NCBI GenBank assembly: GCA_010356995.1
Contig: ML996691.1
Location: forward strand, 812,174-876,173
Origin: Trichodelitschia bisporula
Lineage: Eukaryota
Direction of reading: 5' to 3'
Length of the DNA stretch: 64,000 bases
The notes beneath the pieces were generated by a model. That model worked only from the letters and a program-made list of their open reading frames with translations, was not told the DNA's origin and made no database searches. The number at the start of each line of letters is the position of its first letter. The first letter of the stretch is position 1. This document shows, piece by piece, positions 34,426 to 47,502 of this stretch. The translations under genes and the position numbers were made by a program.

Positions 34426-37400
34426 TGCGCGCAGCATTGGCCACAGCAGAGCCTATGAGAGGTACATACACGACGACGATGTGTCCATGGCCGCCTCTCA
34501 GAGAAAGGTACATTGTGCAGATCCGCAATCGATAGGCCGTTCTTGGCTGGGAGAGCCCAAGCAGCATGGCGGTAGGCTTGTCGACGGAGCCTCTTGATTG
34601 AAGGCGGGAGACTTGATAGGGACCGTGGAGGACGCGCAAGCACTGCCATGCGTCCTGGCGCGCAGCCAACGCACATGCTGGAGTTCTGCAGAGGACAGTA
34701 TTCTCCACAAACAGAGCCCGGGTGTCTTATTGCCGTCCGAGGACCGAAGCATTGTCGAGGCTGGGGAAGTGTGGTAGGTGAAGCGGCAGCATCCGTATCC
34801 TGATGGAGAGAAACGTCCGGCTGGCAGTCCGCATTCCCTTAGGTCGTAGCTTGGAGGATAGAATGAGGCGGCAGGGACCTCAGCGGCAAATGACGGTGGA
34901 TGAGGTGAAGGCGTCAACACACCACGCTCGACGAGCCCAAAACTGCAAGGCCGGCCTTACGAAGCCATTCGGCAAATCCTTCTCCAGATTCAGAATCCCG
35001 GGCCAGCATGCACCCAACGTCCCGTCCCTTGACCATCACCAGTACCGTAAGTCCAGCTGTGGCCATGGCGAAAGCGCCAACCTCCTCCCGAACGACCGGC
35101 TGTTTGAAAATCGCCGAAAGGCCAAAATAAGATAGGCAGGGCCGGAGGCGTGGAGTTGGGCGTTTGGCGCCTTTCTCGGCTCGGAGCGGGCAGTTAGAAC
35201 TGGGGTAGGGTGGCAGTACTCCGTAGTGGGGGCCGGGTAGTTGAAGGAGGGAAGATGGAGAATAATGGGGAGAATGCAGTCATGGTGGGGGGTGTTCCTG
35301 GCAAGTTGTTCCGGAGCAAGGCCAAGCTGCTCTAAACCTAAAAAGGCCCCGCGTGGCGCTGGACGGGAGCAGGCGGTGCCAAGACGTCCCAGGTCCGTCT
35401 GTGCGGCTTCAAGAGCAGCACTCTCTAATTCTCTTTCTCCGTTGTGTGCATCTGTGTGTTCTCACCTTCTTTACGGATGTAGAGCGTCCCAGCCTCAAAA
35501 CCTCTAGCTTCTCTGTCCTAGGGAAACAACCAATAGAGTACGGATGTAATCTGTAGAAGAAGCCCCATACCCTGGTTTGTGCCGGCTTTTTACCTACAGG
35601 AATCACATTTCAACCGGGCCCCTCCAATCCTCCTCCCAATTTCGTCTCCCTGGCGCCCGTTTCGACTTTCGAGATGAGGCACGCCAGTTGTCGTCGGCCC
35701 AAAACGGTCGTCACGACAGTTTCATCTTGACGTGACAGCATCCTGGTCAGTGCCGAATCGGGAAATAGCCGTGGTCCTACGATAATATCGCCTAATAAGG
35801 AACAAGGTTGTCTTCCATATCTAACGATAAGTGCATTGAGCTGCCAGCGTCACTCTGGCTCCTACCCGAACTGTCCGACAAGCCTTCGGAAAAGTTTGGT
35901 GACGGACCATGGGGAAAGCGAAGTCCTGCCATGCATACATGGTGTGGGAGATCACGTCCGCTGCTGCAGCCCCATCGCTCCGGCGACGGGACGCTCATGC
36001 AGCAAGCATGTAGCGGGAGTACCAGTTGGTCGAAGTAGGAGCTCTGACTCTTCAGTTATTCGTCGTCGTGTACCGTTGTAGTTATTCCAGACGACTCGCA
36101 GTCAGGATTGCGGGACTAGTGGGAATGTGGAGCTTGAGGGGTCATTTGGTCATCTGTATCTCACAGGGCATCAATGCCCAGAATTAGCTGTCTGGATTGC
36201 GAGCCAACGTTGGTAATGCAGCAATTAGAAAGAATGTTGAAGGGGAATTGAGGTTCATGCTCACCCGAACCACTCATCTGATCTCCCAGATGCATCGGAC
36301 TGTGCATCTCATCCCCACTCTTCACCTAAACAACAAGACCTCAGAGGACACTGCGGTATGCTCCTCCATCCACAGCGCCCAGTTAATCCCGGACATCCCT
36401 CTACCGTAAATGTGCAGCTATTTTGAATCTTGGTTAGGGTGACGCCGCGTGGGGCACAGAAGGCCGTCGAGCCGTTGGCTGATTGCTGGCGGGCTGAAGT
36501 GGAGACGAGAGAACACTCGTGAGCTTCAGATGTCGGGGGTGGGTTAGCGCCTCAGCGTTCGGGCGGCCGAGGACGTCATCTACCGTAATGTCAGGATGGG
36601 TGCACCAGCTGGCACGCGTTTCGGCGTCTGCGCCTTACACGCTAGGAAGCTGGCGATCGACAGTGCGCACGTTGTTGACCGCTGGCCTCGCGAACCGCCA
36701 CGGGGCTTTTGACGTGCGCATATTTAGTTCTACGGATGTACTCGCCGGCAACCCGCTAAAAATCGGCAAACATGACTCTAACCTTATACCAGCAAGCGCT
36801 GGTTAATGTTGCGCCTCGCCGGCGTCGTAGCTTAGGAGATCCTTCCGGTCATCGCGCACAAAAAATTGTCGTCTCGCCCTTTTCTTCTCAGCCGGAGTTG
36901 CTCGCTCGCCGTGTTTGGATGGCGGCGCGAAGCCCTGCATCCGCAACCGCAAGTCGCGTGCTGGTCGCCATCCATAGATCGACAACGTGAGACGGTGCGC
37001 TCGGCTTTTGCTTCACGGTACCTCGTTTGCAACTTTCCGATCTGCTCCATCAGCTCGCCAGGCCCATCTCGCTGTTTCTTCGGGAAGAATAGAAGCCACT
37101 TGGGAGCGGGAATCCGCTGATCGACGCGTGTTGCAGGGCGCCTTTATCTGCGTTCTCATGCCTTTTCCCCGACTCCCGAACCCCGATCTGTACAATCTGG
37201 TGCAGCATGCATCTGGGATCGTCGGATGCATTATGCACTTATGCGAGGTGGGCGTCCAGCCTGCGTGTGCCGAAGGACCAGGTGGCTCCTTGTCCATAAC
37301 AGGAGCTCCCGATTGGATGAGGGTCCAGCTGGAGCTGGAGCTGAGGCGAGTAACTGAATTAGCTTGAAGGTAAGACATAAGGTATGTCCTCAGGTCCTGC

Positions 37401-40400
37401 TTGACGATGTTCCCACTCCGGAGAGGCTACGATAGGCATATACGCAGTAGAATATGCACCATGTATTGCTGTCTGTCTCGTAGGCATCGGCGTTTGAGAA
37501 CCGCCGCGGCGAATAGCGTCCTGCTTTGTCGACTGGACGCCTGCCTTGAGACGAGATGCGCAGGTCAGCCTCTTACACTGCACATAGCCCGAAGCTCACA
37601 GCAAGAAGGTCTAGGTGCATACACAGTCCTAACTCCTAGATATTAGTACGGTCGACATTCGAGTAGCCGAAAATCAGGTTGATGCCGACGATTCATTCAG
37701 AGCATATGGCGTGGAAGGTGAACACAAGCGGGCCGAGGATGAGGTGACCGGTCCGTCCAAGATCCGATGAGGCGGTGGTGGTGGCTGCTTGCCGTCGGGA
37801 AATTATTCATGTTCTCATCTCATCTCATCTCATCGGCAAAACGTCTCCACAATGCGGGCGAAGCCACCGTCGGAAAAGAAGGCTATCCAGGCCAACAGAG
37901 AAAAGCGCATTTCCGAAAAAGGGAGAGGGTTTGCCGACCGCCTTGCCTCCTTGCGGTCGGTATACGGAGTAGTCAGAGCGCGATGGTTTGGAAGAAGCGA
38001 GACTGCTTTTTTGCATACCACGGCCACACTCCTTCATTTCAGCAAAGCCGTCAAGCCGTGTTTCGTAGATGAGATGGGGCTGATTGCCCATTTGTGCCAT
38101 CCCGCATCCACCATGCCATGCCGCCATGCCGGCCGGCGGGGCGCCCATGCTCTGCTGGCAGACCGTAACTGCCCTGCTTTGATGTCTTTTTTAGGACGGG
38201 TACTATCTCGCACAACCCGGGAGTAGCCCTGTTGCACGGGAGGAGAAAGGCTAAAGTTGGCGGGTTTATTATTACAGGCCTGGACCTTAACTGGCGCTTG
38301 TTATTGCACCTCGCTTCATCCCGAGCGTGAGGGAAGACGTGGCTGATCCCGTTGTGGCCCTAGCTTCCGCAGTACCGCGTCTCACTGTCTTCGGGGTTAG
38401 TCGTCTTTCTTGGGACTTTGTAACTTCAAGCCTTGGAGTAGGTGTAAAAGTCGACCCGAGAACAAGTTGGAAGCCGAAGCTGTACTTCCGTAGGAGCGTC
38501 GGTAAGCAACTGCGACCAACGCGTGCCGGAGGCCGGCAGCTTTCTTGTCTCTTTACGGAGTACTCTACTCGCTCCGGGACGCCAATGCCGAACCCTTAAC
38601 CTTGCCTGGTTGTCGTTCGATCGGATGTTAGACCGTTTGGATGTAGAAAAAAATCTAATTTCTTTCTTATTACGGTACTTATCTCCTTAAGGTTGGGGAA
38701 GTTTGAGAGGGAAGAGCGGGGGGGTGGTTGGGAGAAAAGGGCTGTGGTACCCGCGCGGCCCTTCCGCAAAAAGTCCAACGACCCATGGCGGCGCCTCCGC
38801 GCTTGGACCATTCATTCAGACGACGACGACACGGGCAAAGGGCGACGTCGTTCCTCTGTTGGAAACAAACAAGACGACGGCGCGTGCCACGGCGTCATGG
38901 TTCATAATACTCATCTCTAATCGTTATTCCATGGTGTATCTTTTGGGCAGGTGGTAATTTGTCCGTAAATAAGCCTCCATTTGCATGCATGAAGCAACGC
39001 GCAATGAAGGCATCCCCTTCCACGCACACCAGCCTCCTTCACCTCCCACACCTCCTTCCCCGTACCGTGGTTAGTCACAGCCTAGCGGAAATGCCATCTG
39101 GCTCAATTCAGCTTGATTACCGTAACCTCGATACTGCTCTAATCACCGACCTGGCCTGGGCAAGGACAAGTTGAGCAAGAGCCAATGGCAGGCTTATTAT
39201 CACGCTGGATAGAGATACGTACCTCCACGCTTCAAGGTGACCCGCTCGGCTAGGTTTAGGCTGTGACGGTGCTCTGCATCCAAGTCGCACATGGGCATCT
39301 AAACGGCAGAAAATCCGCCGGCGGGGAGGCCGAATCTCATGTCCAACAGGCTACGGGCTCACAGCCAACGGGGCTCGCAACCGTGTTCTCGTCCGGGCCA
39401 CACTCAATTATAGGCGAGGCAGAGGTTGCTTTCCATCCCACTTGGAGCAACGATGGGTAGACGACCGAAGCGAAAGAGGAACCTGTTTAGCAGTAAGTTT
39501 TTTTTTCGTTTGTTCCCGGTAATGCCCTCCTCCATCCCCCTTCTACCCCACCTCCATCATTCCGCTTCCTTCCCCGCTCACTGCTCACTGGCTTGAGCTC
39601 CCCCCCCCCCCCGGCTCGTCTCTGCCCCTCCTCTTGCAGGAGCTGCCGGCCGCCGAGCTTTATAATACGCCGTTAGCCAGTGTGTCGCACCACCCTTCCT
39701 CATCCCGGGCCGCGCATGATGGAGCAAGCTTGCACGAGCCAGTAATCGGAGCCCGTCACGATGTCGGGGGATTTTTTCTGGCTTGGTATGCTGCACGCGG
39801 CTCGTGGACAGGACGAGGGCGGCGCCGTGGGGCCAGGGCCGCCAGTCGATTCGAGTCTCGTCAGTCATCTGTCGTGATCTGGACCCGGATTCAGTTTGGA
39901 GATTGTTGACAAGCTACAAGGTGGATGGCTCTTAGTAGTCGGCGCGCGGCCAGCTGCACCATGTATGTAACGTGCGTGTGGTTTGGCCGCGTTCCAGTAT
40001 CCCATCTTCTCGACCTATGAGACGAAAGATTTGGTCTGATGTTGAACAGCCTGGAGCCAACACCCATTTGCTCTCTCCATCAATTGCTATCGACTGTGAT
40101 CTCTCCCAGACTTTCTGAACTTCAGATGGCGGGGGGCCACGAGCGAGGCGGGGCACGGTCCTGTGAAGGGGTCCTTGGGGGGGAGGGATTGGGGCAAGCA
40201 CGGAGCATGACCCATAACGGGGAATCTCAATCGGGCGTAGTTCAACGGCCAGATGGCAGCCGGAGACGAGTGGGCATTGAAGGCGAGGGCAAAGAAAAAG
40301 AGGGCTGCATGTCAAAACAGCCTTTTTTTTCTCATGGCAACGCCACGAAAGCTGTTCGCAAGGATAGGCTAAGGAAACAACAGTTCGGGACGGTTAGAGC

Positions 40401-41287
40401 GGACCTTGACCCAACTGATGAGAAATGTCTTGCTCTTTCCCTAGGGCGCTTCCTCGATCCCTTCAGTTCAAGCGGTTCAGCGGCTCACACACTCTCTCTC
40501 GGACACACTCTCCCTCCACTCTCTCCACTCTCTCCAACTCTATTCAATTCTTCCCCAGCACCAAGAAGACTTAAGCACACACACGATCTACTCGCAAAAC
40601 TCAACCCTCCATTACGGCTACCGTATCCTAACAATTGGGCAACCGCACTCTCGTCACTTGCACGTTTCCCACACTGGTACCAGCCGCAAACTAGTTCTAG
40701 GGAATCTCTTCTCTCACAGCCTGCTCGCCTTTTTCCTACGACCATCCTAGATCCTAAGAGTGGACCTTTGTACGAATTTCTGACCCGAGCTCGTGAACCA
40801 CCCTGAGCAGTCCTTGAGCAGCTCTACTACGGTATACTGTCCCGATTCGACATTCTTCCCAGCAGTCAAAACTCGGCACTCGGATCTATCCTCACATCTG
40901 GTCTTCTCTCCTGAGGTCGTTCATCCACAGTGTACGGAGTAGGTACTTCCCTCTGTTTTCTAGCACCTTCTCGTTCGTTCGTTTCATTCGTTTCATTCGT
41001 TCCTTCCTTCCCCAGTCACCGAATATCACCATCGACCTGGTCGTGCCTTCCGTATCCTCTACGCCTCGAGGTTCTAAGCCTCCGCCACCAGGGCTCCGAG
41101 TGGAACTGATGCCATCATTCGCAGTTTCCTAGCGCACAGCGGTGGCTGAGCTGCAAAACTGTCTTCTTCCTCAGCATCCCAGGTGGCTCTTGCCGACCCT
41201 TCCTTCTTTCCTATCTCAAGCCTTCTGCGATTAAAGGGAAGGAGGTACCAAGCACTTTTACTGCTACGTGCTGCTACTATTGCTCCA

Positions 41288-41318
41288 CTGCTGCTGTTGC
41301 TGCTGCTGCTGCTGTTGT
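41288..41318. repeat. Imperfect (CTG/TTG)n microsatellite in the putative 5' leader of the polyQ gene
   Basis: ctgctgctgttgctgctgctgctgctgttg... Confidence 0.8.
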
Positions 41319-42359
41319 TTGTACCTTCGTCCCTTCCATTCAAGGCCTATAAGTTGCCTCACCGCCGTGCCCGCGCGCGCCTGCCACCCACTCAATCTTC
41401 CCCACCAACCCCCCCGCCAACCGTCTTGTTTCCAGGCTATTGGAACTTATAGGCACACCGCACTGCCTTCTCCAAGTCTCTTTGATTTTCCGTCTATTCC
41501 CCCACTTCACCTTCCGACTCCCCCAGCTCCTCTGCATTCGTTCCACCATTATTTCCTATTCTGGTATTCGTCGGATATCATCTCGCAAAATCAGCACCAT
41601 AACCCTTTGAACTACGACCCCCCAGCTTGTTACAAGGCTGAATTGACCATCTTTCGTTCCATTTTAACGCTATCTCCAGGGTTTTCCTTCGCACACGCCT
41701 CATCCTGGACCTGGATCATCGATACCCTGTTGACCACTGACCACGGAAACGTGGCCTGCGGTTTTTCACCACCTCTGCTTTGAGTCCCGCTTTGACAGCC
41801 TTCTGTTCCGGGGTCGGCAGCTCCACTTGGGGCCAGGTGCCCTGAGAATCCATTCCTAACAAGGTACGGCACTTGGTCCGCCCTCCCATCCTCCATCATT
41901 CCCCTCAATCCTCCACCACCACCACCCCCCCCCCCGTCTCTTCACCCTGCTATGACCAGGCATTCATGTGCAATCTACACTGGGCAAGAAGACCGCTTGT
42001 GCAGCCGAGAGAAGAGACGAATCGCACCAACCTTACCCTTGACGAACTTGCGTTGACGTTGACATACAGCAGCTAGCCCCTACCATCCGCTCTGGCTATC
42101 CAGTATCTTTGTGGGCTCAGCAGCGCGTATCAAGCCCACCCAATCTCAAGTAATAATCCCCCTCCCTCTTCATCATTTTTTTTTACTACCCTGCTCTTCA
42201 CTTTCCATAACTTTGCTCTTCTTCTCCTCTGTCGACCTTCGGCAATCAATCTTTTCTCTGCGGTCTTTTTTTTATGGGACTCCTGCCTCCGAGCTTTTTA
42301 ACTGTGCGTTGTGGCACCGCAACTCAAGTTGCGGACGCCAGAACTATTTATCGAATCCA

Positions 42360-43001
42360 ATGTTGCTTACGTTCCCCCCTCCAGCGAAACCAAGCTTCGA
42401 CTTCAAAACGACGCCCCATGACTTCGCTCCACGCAAGGCGATACCCTCGGCCAAAAGAACAGCAGCAGCAGCGGGCCTCGACGGAATCAAAGGGGTTGGA
42501 AGTAGCGAGAGATTGCCTCCTTTGCCACAAACGGCACCCGACAAGATGAGCCAACCGCATCGTGGTCTGCCGCCTCCCTCAGCTATGTCCCTGCCGGATC
42601 CCTCGCGAATACAGCCGCCTCATTCTGCTGTTTCAACGTTTAGCGAACTGCCTCCTCCTCCGGCTCAGTGGCAGGGTGCGGAGGACGTGATGCGGAGTTG
42701 GTTAATGGCGAAGGCTGAGGAAGACAAGTGGAGGCAAGAGGAGGCAAAGAGGAGGCAAGAGGAGGAAAAGAGGAAGCAAGAGGAGGAAAAGTCACGACAG
42801 GAGTCTTTCAAGTTGGAGAAACGCAAGATCGAGCAGAGCATGCTGCAAGAGTCGTTCCGGAACGGCATCCCACCGACTTTGGTGCCGATTATCTTTGCAG
42901 GAATCGGTGGAGGAAACCTGGCGACTCTGAGCATTGAGTGGTTACAGCAGTATACCGCTCAGATACAGATGACACAGCAGCAGCAACAGCAACAACAGCT
43001 T

Positions 43002-43072
<71 letters not shown>

Positions 43073-43625
43073 GCAACAGCAGCAGCAGCAGCAATCACAG
43101 CAGCACACGCCAACGCAGGCACAGACTCCGACAGAGTCCAGGCGAGACCAGCGTCTCATGGGCCCGTCGCAACAGGCTCCGTATGCGCCTCTTCCTGCAC
43201 CAAATTCGCTGCTGCCGTCGGCCGTGGCCGTTACGCCAACTCAAGCGACGCCAGCCCACGGGCCACCGAGCGCTCAATACGGGAGCTACCAACCAGTTGC
43301 CATGTCCCCTTCGGCAGCTTCAGCACACTCACCACGCCAACCAACAGGTCTCGCATCGGGGCCACGACCACCAGGAACCCTTCAAAATGTCCTCCCGCGA
43401 CCGTCAATAGCGGAACAGCTGTCGCCCATCGCCGGTTCAGGCACCCCCTCAGGAAATGTTCACCCACATTCTCATGTGCACGGACACCAGCCAAGCGAAC
43501 CGCCGACCCTCCCTCTTTTCTTCCATCACTACAAGCCGCCAGGAAGTAGTGGCGGGAGCGGTGGTGGAGGGAATGTGTCTTCCTCAGGCAATCCTTCCAA
43601 CAAACGACAAAAATTGTCCCAATAA
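42360..43625 (+). CDS. Conserved fungal Q/P-rich coiled-coil protein, putative transcriptional regulator
   Basis: First in-frame ATG at 42360 (MLLTFPPP). Conserved-looking block HRGLPPP..LPPPP..W..MRSWLMAKAEED..QEEEKSRQE..LEKRKIEQSMLQES..GIPP..VPIIFAG; polyQ; LFFHHY.PP; basic C-terminal NKRQK. No recognisable DNA-binding domain. Confidence 0.75.
42975..43094 (+). repeat. Coding CAG/CAA polyglutamine tract (Q8-L-Q~31)
   Basis: Mixed CAG/CAA; 43021-43050 and 43051-43080 are identical 30-nt units. Confidence 0.95.
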
Positions 43626-46402
43626 CGCTAACCTGACGCCGGATTGGGGTGTTGAGGACTGGCACTCGAGGCACTGCCATAGAAAACTAGTCTCCGATAT
43701 TGAAGACTCGAAAGATGCTCGACAGCGTCAGTCGGGTATGGATTCTTCCTAAGGCTGCTGGATGGCCTAGATAACCTCCACTCGCGATATGCCCGATGAA
43801 ACCAGGCTACGTCTGTTCTACTCCTGATGACAGCTCTCTCGTCAAATCCGATATCCGGCAGTGTGTCGACTACGGACGAGCTTCTTCCGATGCAACCGGT
43901 GAACGGAATCCCATACCCGACACCCTTCGATTGACGAAGGTGGTGAACGAGGAGAAAGAATTCCCGCTTCCAGTTATTTTCGTCACCTGGGCATTTATGA
44001 TCTTCTGCCTTCCATCAAAAACACTCCTGCGGATGGCTTGCACCGATCCGGGCTGACAGGCTGGCAACTGTCCCCTTTCTTTGCTTAGATCCAGCCATTC
44101 CTGGAACTTGAAGCATCACCGACGCCCAATCTTTACAACAACGAAGTGTCAGCAAGCCTGGTTTCATTCTCAAGGCCTTCGCCCCTGTGCTTCTGAGGCT
44201 GCGCAGTGGATGGGCAGTCGGATGCAGCGATGATTTCTGCATCTGATGCGGGCTCATATGTCACTCAAGATTGACATTTTGGTCATGGCCCTTAGTTGTC
44301 TGATTGCCTTGCAAGCACTCAAATCTCAACCGAAACGGCGGTTCGGCATGTCGCTTCTGGCCTTCGGTAGGCAAAGGCGCGAGATTCTTTTTATTTTCCA
44401 ACCTTGAAGCATTGCAAGCAACACAGTGCTAAACCTTTTTCGGATCAACCGATGTCCCGGCGGCCAACTTCCATTTACGGTTCGATTTGCAAAATTTTGT
44501 TCATGCGTTTTTTTCTTTCATGGGCGGTTCGTTCTATCTTGGGATCGGCTATCTGGTCCCGCTATATTGTATTGCTACCGGTCTAGCTCTGTACCTCGTC
44601 ATGTCTGTTTCATTTTGGGTGCTGGCGTTACAACGGGGCTATCGGAGGTCATACCGCGCACATTTTGGGATGCCGGTGCGGACAATTGTATGCAAGGCGC
44701 TTGGGCATTCGCATCAAGCTTATAAGGTTATCGTATTCGGCCGGTTGGGGTTTTCACGGCATATCCGTTTGATTTGTACCGGCCATTAGATTGTCCTTGG
44801 GCAACCTGTTGTACATATGTCAGGCTGGTTACCCTTGTGGCATGCGTCCTTTTCGTAGCCAGGCGGGCGGTGGGGCTTTGCGAGTATAAACATCGGGAAA
44901 ACGGAGGCTGAAATATATATAGACCATTTCAGATGTCTAACAGGTTAGAATAAAGACCGAAGACTTCTTGTTGACATTAGGATGGTCCTCGTGAGAGGCA
45001 TAGAGAGAGCTCCTCCGGCATACCAGCAACAACAAATCCATTTCGTCCACCACGGACATTTGATGTGGGTGGATGATCAGCGCAGCAATTGGAGAGGGAA
45101 AATGATACCAAAGGATGTCTCATAAGCAGTAGTGCAGCGGGGTACAACAGGCGATGACGCTGTGTGCTTTTCTACGGACTCGAAATGGCTCACGCGCACC
45201 CGAAGAGCTTGCATTCGTCATACGATCGCGGTGAAAATTCGTGGCCATTGCTTCGATTCGTTCATCGCTTGAAAAGGTTCCAAATGCTGCCTATTACTCG
45301 TCCGAAATTCGCTTCACGAGGCGATTCAGCCTACTGATACCGTATGCCGTAGTTCCGTAAAGAAGGAGCACGGTAGGAGCTCAAGTCCAAATCGCAGTTG
45401 CCTGATGGGATGATAGGATACCGTACCTCGCGTACCCAACTTATTCACTTAGCCCAAAAGCTTTTGCTCACACTAGACGTTCAGCTGTGCCGAAAGCTCT
45501 ACTGAAGCACAATCGGAAGCCTTCCTTCCAAAGGCCCAACTTCTCGAGAAGTCAATAGGCATGACACGTCGTAATTGGGCGGGACTAGCCGAGATGTGGC
45601 GCCTAGGAGGGCTTCGATGTGGCTTGATCTGATGTCGCAAGCCGCCACCCCAGCACGTTGCCGAGCGAGCCCTGGTGCTGGGCCCAACCCTCTCCAATGA
45701 TGGGCAGGAATAGCCACGGGTTAAGAAACTATCATTACCCTACTTTGAGCACTGTGCCGCATCCTAGAGATGCATGTATCTATGCTAGACATTACCACGA
45801 TCTTTCATCGTTTTCTGGAAATCCCTTCGTCTACATCAGCGCACACGCCGCAGAACACATAGTGCTGCTTGCAGTCGTGGACGTCAACCTTTGCGGCGTC
45901 GCTATAAATAACCACGCACTCCATCTAACATCCGCCATTAACCAGAAACTCTCAGACCCTCGGGGCTGGAGGCGGAGATGCGACGCGCGCAGGGATGTAT
46001 ACAGCTATTGGTGTCGATACTCGAGTCACCCGGTTTTTTGCGCAGCCTTGTGCGCCGCCCGCTGCGAACCAACTAACCAATGTTCATGGGTTAGATTGGT
46101 ACGCGCAATCCCCGCATATCCAAGATGCACATGCGGATTGAGGGTCACCCCCGATGCACAGAAGCTTGAAACAAAGCTGGGGTGGTGGTTGGGAGGAGTA
46201 CTGCCGAGGTGGAGGGGCGGGTAGGCAGCTAATATGCACTTTCTTGGGTGCACATCGAACGGGTAGAATGGTCGGGAACATGGGAGGAGAGAGGAGCAGC
46301 TAGGCTTTGCATCACTCATTAAGACGATTCCTCGGCCTGGCCAGCAGGTCGTCAACATCAGAGCGGAGAATACCCCCAATAGCGCGACACAGAATCACGC
46401 GC

Positions 46403-47502
46403 CTAATATCCGTGCTTGGCCTGCGTCTCCTTCAGAAACATAACAGCGAGATCCAGTGCTCGCTTCTTCTCCGCTGGGAACACACCCGGAACTGCAGCAG
46501 TCAGTCACACTGCCGACCGGCAAGGTGAGGAAGAGCATCTCACGTTCCATCCACCCATGGATCATGCCATCGAATACCACACCCTCCACCCTCCGGCCTG
46601 TCTCGCCGCGCGCCTCCAGTTCACTGCGTACACGTTTGACGAATGCCAGCTGTTCGTGCTGCAGAACATCGACTGCCGGAATCACAAACAGCATATCGTC
46701 TGGCAAGTCGTCAACAGCGGCGATTATGGGACTGAATCGAGGACTTTTCGCATGCGCTACTCTACCTCCCGCGCCATACGCATCCATAAGCGGGAGAAGG
46801 ACAGCAAGCGGGTCCTTCGCGGGGAAGCCAGGTGGTTTGGGCTTCTCCCAGGGCGGGATGCGAAGATCGATCTATCAAACGAAACTTATAAGCCCTCAAA
46901 TAAATACATGCGCTCACAGGAACATAGACACGTACCGCCGCGTAAAAGCCGACGTAGGCCTTCACTCCTTTCCCCAATGCCGCTGCGAGAGCCAGGTTGC
47001 CACCTGCTGAGAATCCGCTTACAGTAATACAAGAAGGATCGGCACCGAACTCCTTCTCGGCGTTCTCCTGCAGCCAGACAAGAACGAATTCGGCATCATC
47101 GACCGCGGCGGGAAAGGGATGCACAGGCGCGCAACGGTACTGGGTGCTCACCACAACCGCCCCTGTTTCGATGGCCAAACGGGATAAGAAGGCTATACCA
47201 TACTCCGGAAGACCGCCGAGGAATGCGCCGCCGTGAAAATCAAGATGCAAGGGGCAGCGACGACCCTTTGAGGGAGGCCGGAAGACAAGTGCGCGCACGG
47301 AGCGATTGGAACCCGTGGGGATGGTGCGGACAGAGTAGGCGCGATTAAAGATGTTTGGAAGGCAATGAATGGCGTAGGTCAGAAAAACAAGAGGCTGAAG
47401 CAGGAGAAGTCGCCAACGGTATGCGAAGGGCATGGAAGGGGCGAAAAGCGCATCGCGGGCGGGACGAAACCAAAGGGCCACGGTTGAGATGAAGCCAGCC
47501 AT
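46403..47502 (-). CDS. Alpha/beta hydrolase, hormone-sensitive lipase (abhydrolase_3) family
   Basis: Oxyanion HGGAF, nucleophile GFSAGG, acid D in AVDVL, His in MIHGW; N-terminal hydrophobic segment; introns ~46935-46872 and ~46545-46492. Confidence 0.9.

Noticed and set aside
34228..34920. Short ORFs around the (CAG)9 repeat (poly-S/A/C/L readings)
   Set aside because: Open frames are explained by the microsatellite and high GC; no domain, splice pattern or codon bias.
36432..36441. GGTTAGGGT as a possible telomerase RNA template or telomeric seed
   Set aside because: Only about 1.3 repeats, expected by chance; no supporting structure.
40039..40806. 255-aa ORF in the gene desert
   Set aside because: No recognisable domain; spans a G-rich promoter-like part and a CT-rich TSS-like part, better read as promoter/leader.
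45658..46224. 188-aa ORF downstream of the hydrolase
   Set aside because: No motif; Cys/Trp/Arg-rich composition typical of non-coding frames.
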